From: Takakia lepidozioides
Taxonomy: Eukaryota; Plantae; Bryophyta
Reading direction: 5' to 3'
Length of the DNA: 64,000 nucleotides
Assembly (NCBI GenBank): GCA_030704615.1
Contig: CM060731.1
Location: 22,816,001-22,880,000 of the forward strand
A program made the position numbers and the translations under genes. The notes beneath the pieces are model-generated. The model did not search any database and was not told the DNA's origin. It worked only from the letters and a program-made list of their open reading frames with translations. Positions 60,900 to 64,000 of this stretch are shown one piece after another. Within the stretch, counting starts at the first letter, position 1. Every line of letters begins with the position of its first letter.

Positions 60900-62162
60900 G
60901 CTTGAATGAGGGATTGCAGCCGAAAGATGGTTCATGACCAGGTGGTTCCAGGGGCTAGTGAGATGGGTAAACACTCTTGGGATCCACTTTGCCACTAGGG
61001 CAACAATTTGTGATTGAGGGTCAGTAATCCCCAAGCCCCCACGCTTCTTCTTCTGGCATTATAGCTAAAGCCAACTGACTAAGCTGGCACATTTATTAGG
61101 TGAAGCAGAAGTGACACCCTAGATGAGTACACATATAAAGTGATTTGATCTGTTTGATTAGAGCAGAGCCTGGGGACCAAACAGAGGCGATAAACCACAG
61201 TGACGCCAACTGAATCTGGTTTACAATAAGCTCTATCAGCCATAGAGAGATGAATTGAACTCCAATACGTCAATTTTCTTTTAATCCTTGAGAGAATAGG
61301 TGGGAAACGGCTGTCGTCATCAAGATCGTGACCAACCTGGTGGCCAAGGAGAAGATGAGCTTGACCGTTAGAGAGCCATCGTAACCTAAACTGATCCACT
61401 CCCCAAGGAGTGCAGTGCGAGGCACTGTGTGGATATGAAAGACGACTAAGTTGAAGGCCAATCGACTCATTCTAATTCATGACTGGCCGAGCAGAAGCAA
61501 GAGAGAGCACTGAGAGTGGACTGCACATTATTGATGGAGATGTTATCGATGAACAATGTGGTATCGTCCGCATAAAGCGAGGCTCTAATGGAAGGTGGAT
61601 GATTATCGCGCAGGGGCAATGAAGCAGGGATAATGAGACCTAATGTATCCTGCCTCTTGTCCATAAGAAGTCTGAGACCATCCGCAACCACAAGGAAGAG
61701 AAAAGGGGCAAGCAAGTATCCTTACCTGACAGATCTGAAGAGGGGAAAGGAGTTAGAAATGACACCATTGATAATAACTTTGCTGGAGGCCGAGGAGACA
61801 ATAATATGAATCCACTTGAGGAAGTCACCATTTATCCCCGTGGCTTTGAGACCACCGAGCAGGTATTCCTAATTTATGTTATTGCAGGTTTTTTCAAAGT
61901 CGAGCATGAGCATTGCCAACGGCTTTTTGGAGAAATGAGCAAGATGCAGGGCCTCATTTGCAAGTAGGATCTAATCAAGAATCATCCTATGCTTCATAAT
62001 TGAAGCAGTCTGCTCAGGGCGGATAAGCTTGGCCAGTAAGGGCTGTAAGCGAATCGCGAGGGCCTTGGCGGTAATTTTGTAGGTGGTGTTCAACAAGATA
62101 ATTGGTCTGTAGTTAGAGAGAATATCCCGATCACCCTTTTCTTTCTCAAAGATATGTTTCAA
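60900..62162 (-). mobile_element. Degenerate plant L1-clade LINE reverse transcriptase fragment
   Basis: KGDRDILSNYRPIILLNTTYKITAKALAIRLQPLL, LDFEK, VRxGYLLAPFLF, SLYADDTTLF, KRKLTYW; multiple stops and frameshifts. Confidence 0.88.
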
Positions 62163-64000
62163 TTATCCCCTATGCTTACTTTTGGGAAGTAGTTACAATA
62201 TGCAGTTTCAAGTTTTAAAGGTTTTTAAACTTTTTTTTGTTTTTTGATTTACTTGTTTTGTTCTTTTCCTGAAATTGTGTGAGTTTGTGTCTGACGAAAA
62301 CACAAGTTTTTTGACCGCTACTATTTGCACCCTATGGTCGTCTATGCTAGATAGGCTCCGACCTACCCGCCGTCAGCATTATGGGAGTTCCTAAAATTAT
62401 GCCAACAAAGTTCCTAGATTGTGTAAGATAATACGGTACTTGCCCATGCTATTCATCAGGCCCTGCCGGCCTACTTAATTTTTCTTGAAGAAGGGGTCTA
62501 GCGGGTTTTTTGGAATTTCTGCAGTTTAGGGCAATCATCGTGACAAATAATGAAAAAGTACCTGAACTCCTTGTGTAAATGGCCAGCGCAACGGTAGGGT
62601 AGACAGGCCTATGACCGTTCATGTAACAATGGCAGAAGATCCAACAGTGAATTTTTGTCGTTTTTACCCCGGATAAAATTGATAAGATGCCCGACATGGG
62701 GCCATCCCAACACACTTGGAAGTGCATGATTTCATGAAGTGGACACAAAGTTGTGAGGTTTCAAAGTTGAACCAATCTGAATGCTTGTGTGAACCTTGAG
62801 CTCTTTGACCAATCACATTTTTTTGGGGGGTTCTATCAAACAACTGTTTGCCAAGTGGCAAAAATGAGTGATCTTTGGCCCAGCAATGGTAGCTCATTAT
62901 GAGGTGATCGGTCATAGGCACTACAACGGTCATAGGCACTATAACAGTCATAGGCCAGTTTACCCTAGCTCACGTGAGGATTTAGAGCAGGTCTCAGGAT
63001 TAAACAGGTGTGACATCCGGCACTGGAAGGGCTTTAGGGCCGTACCACACTAGCAACATACCAATGGCACCAACGTGGACGTTGCAGGCTAGGGATTTTT
63101 GGATGATATAGGCCCATGTCACCAAGCGGCAATGAATGGGCTACCACACTATAGCATAAGCCCAGGGGCAAGAAAATCGCAACTATTACCTTGTCATTCT
63201 AAGAATAACCAATTCTAAAACCAGGAAGACACAAAGAGGTAGGAGAGACCATCACACGACAGGGTGACAGGGTGGGAGAGACCAACGATGGCGGGAGAAT
63301 AGCGTGTCATGACAAAATGTCTTCCTAAAATTGTGGATTCCCAGGGAACAGTACCTGGAAATCCATATTTCACCATAATGTGACATGTAGGCGTCAGGTC
63401 GGAGCCTCTCGGCCTGCAGCCGCCACTAGTGTGGTAGGCAAAGCGGCACACTGCCCTCCCTTAAACCAACAGGAGGGTCCAAAATTGAGTGCCCCTCTTA
63501 CTCTTACCACTCGCGTGGTATGGCCCTTAGTTAAACTTTTCCGGCAGTCTGTTTTTGGATTTAATTATCATCAGACAGCAGGTGCAGGTGGTAGTTGGGG
63601 AAAATAAAAATCAATAAAAAATAAATAAATGGCTTCATGTAGCTGTGATAGCTGCTTAAGCTCCATCAACAGGTATTCTACAGGTTCCCCACACAGACAT
63701 GTGAAACATATGGGAACTATGCAGGTGTTTTTTGTTGTTCAAATCGCACCCATGTAGAACATGCAAGGACGTACAGAGGAGACAAAAGGAGGGATTGAAG
63801 CAAAGATTGCACAGCAGTGGACAGCACATTTTGTCCAAAGGTCACTTGACTACCCTTTGCTTTTTGGCCTTACGCTTCCCATCTCCTTCCAGGAGATCAG
63901 CATAATCTTCCACACTCGCAAATGGTGATTTTGTTTTGGTCCTTGGTGTTGCATGATAGTCCGCAACCTCACTTCCTTCTGTTTGCTTCATCTTCTTCTT

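Overview
Eukaryotic nuclear DNA from a land plant, most likely a non-flowering lineage (bryophyte, lycophyte or fern grade). This is inferred from an intact intron-containing MurG, a PLS-type PPR fragment and GT-AG introns. Four apparently intact host genes can be spliced by hand: a 7-exon YSL/OPT metal-chelate transporter (+), and a same-strand trio on the minus strand of phosphoribulokinase, MurG and a peroxisomal (SKL) quinone oxidoreductase-like gene. The rest is a dense accessory landscape: a decayed Crinkler-type P-loop NTPase, a full-length APE-RT LINE in YSL intron 5 with an antisense truncated sister copy in intron 1, a piggyBac-like transposase, and Gypsy, Harbinger and L1 relics. 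Two stretches are not explained by standard families. (1) 21.9-34.3 kb is bounded by homologous inverted ends and carries arrays of a 9-6-9 palindrome, a nested foldback, long hairpins and an intronless kinase pseudogene. (2) 34.3-42.7 kb is a minus-strand run of long orphan ORFs built from a recurring ~49-aa Cys-containing repeat and ending in a PPR fragment. All alignments were done by eye and no database searches were run.
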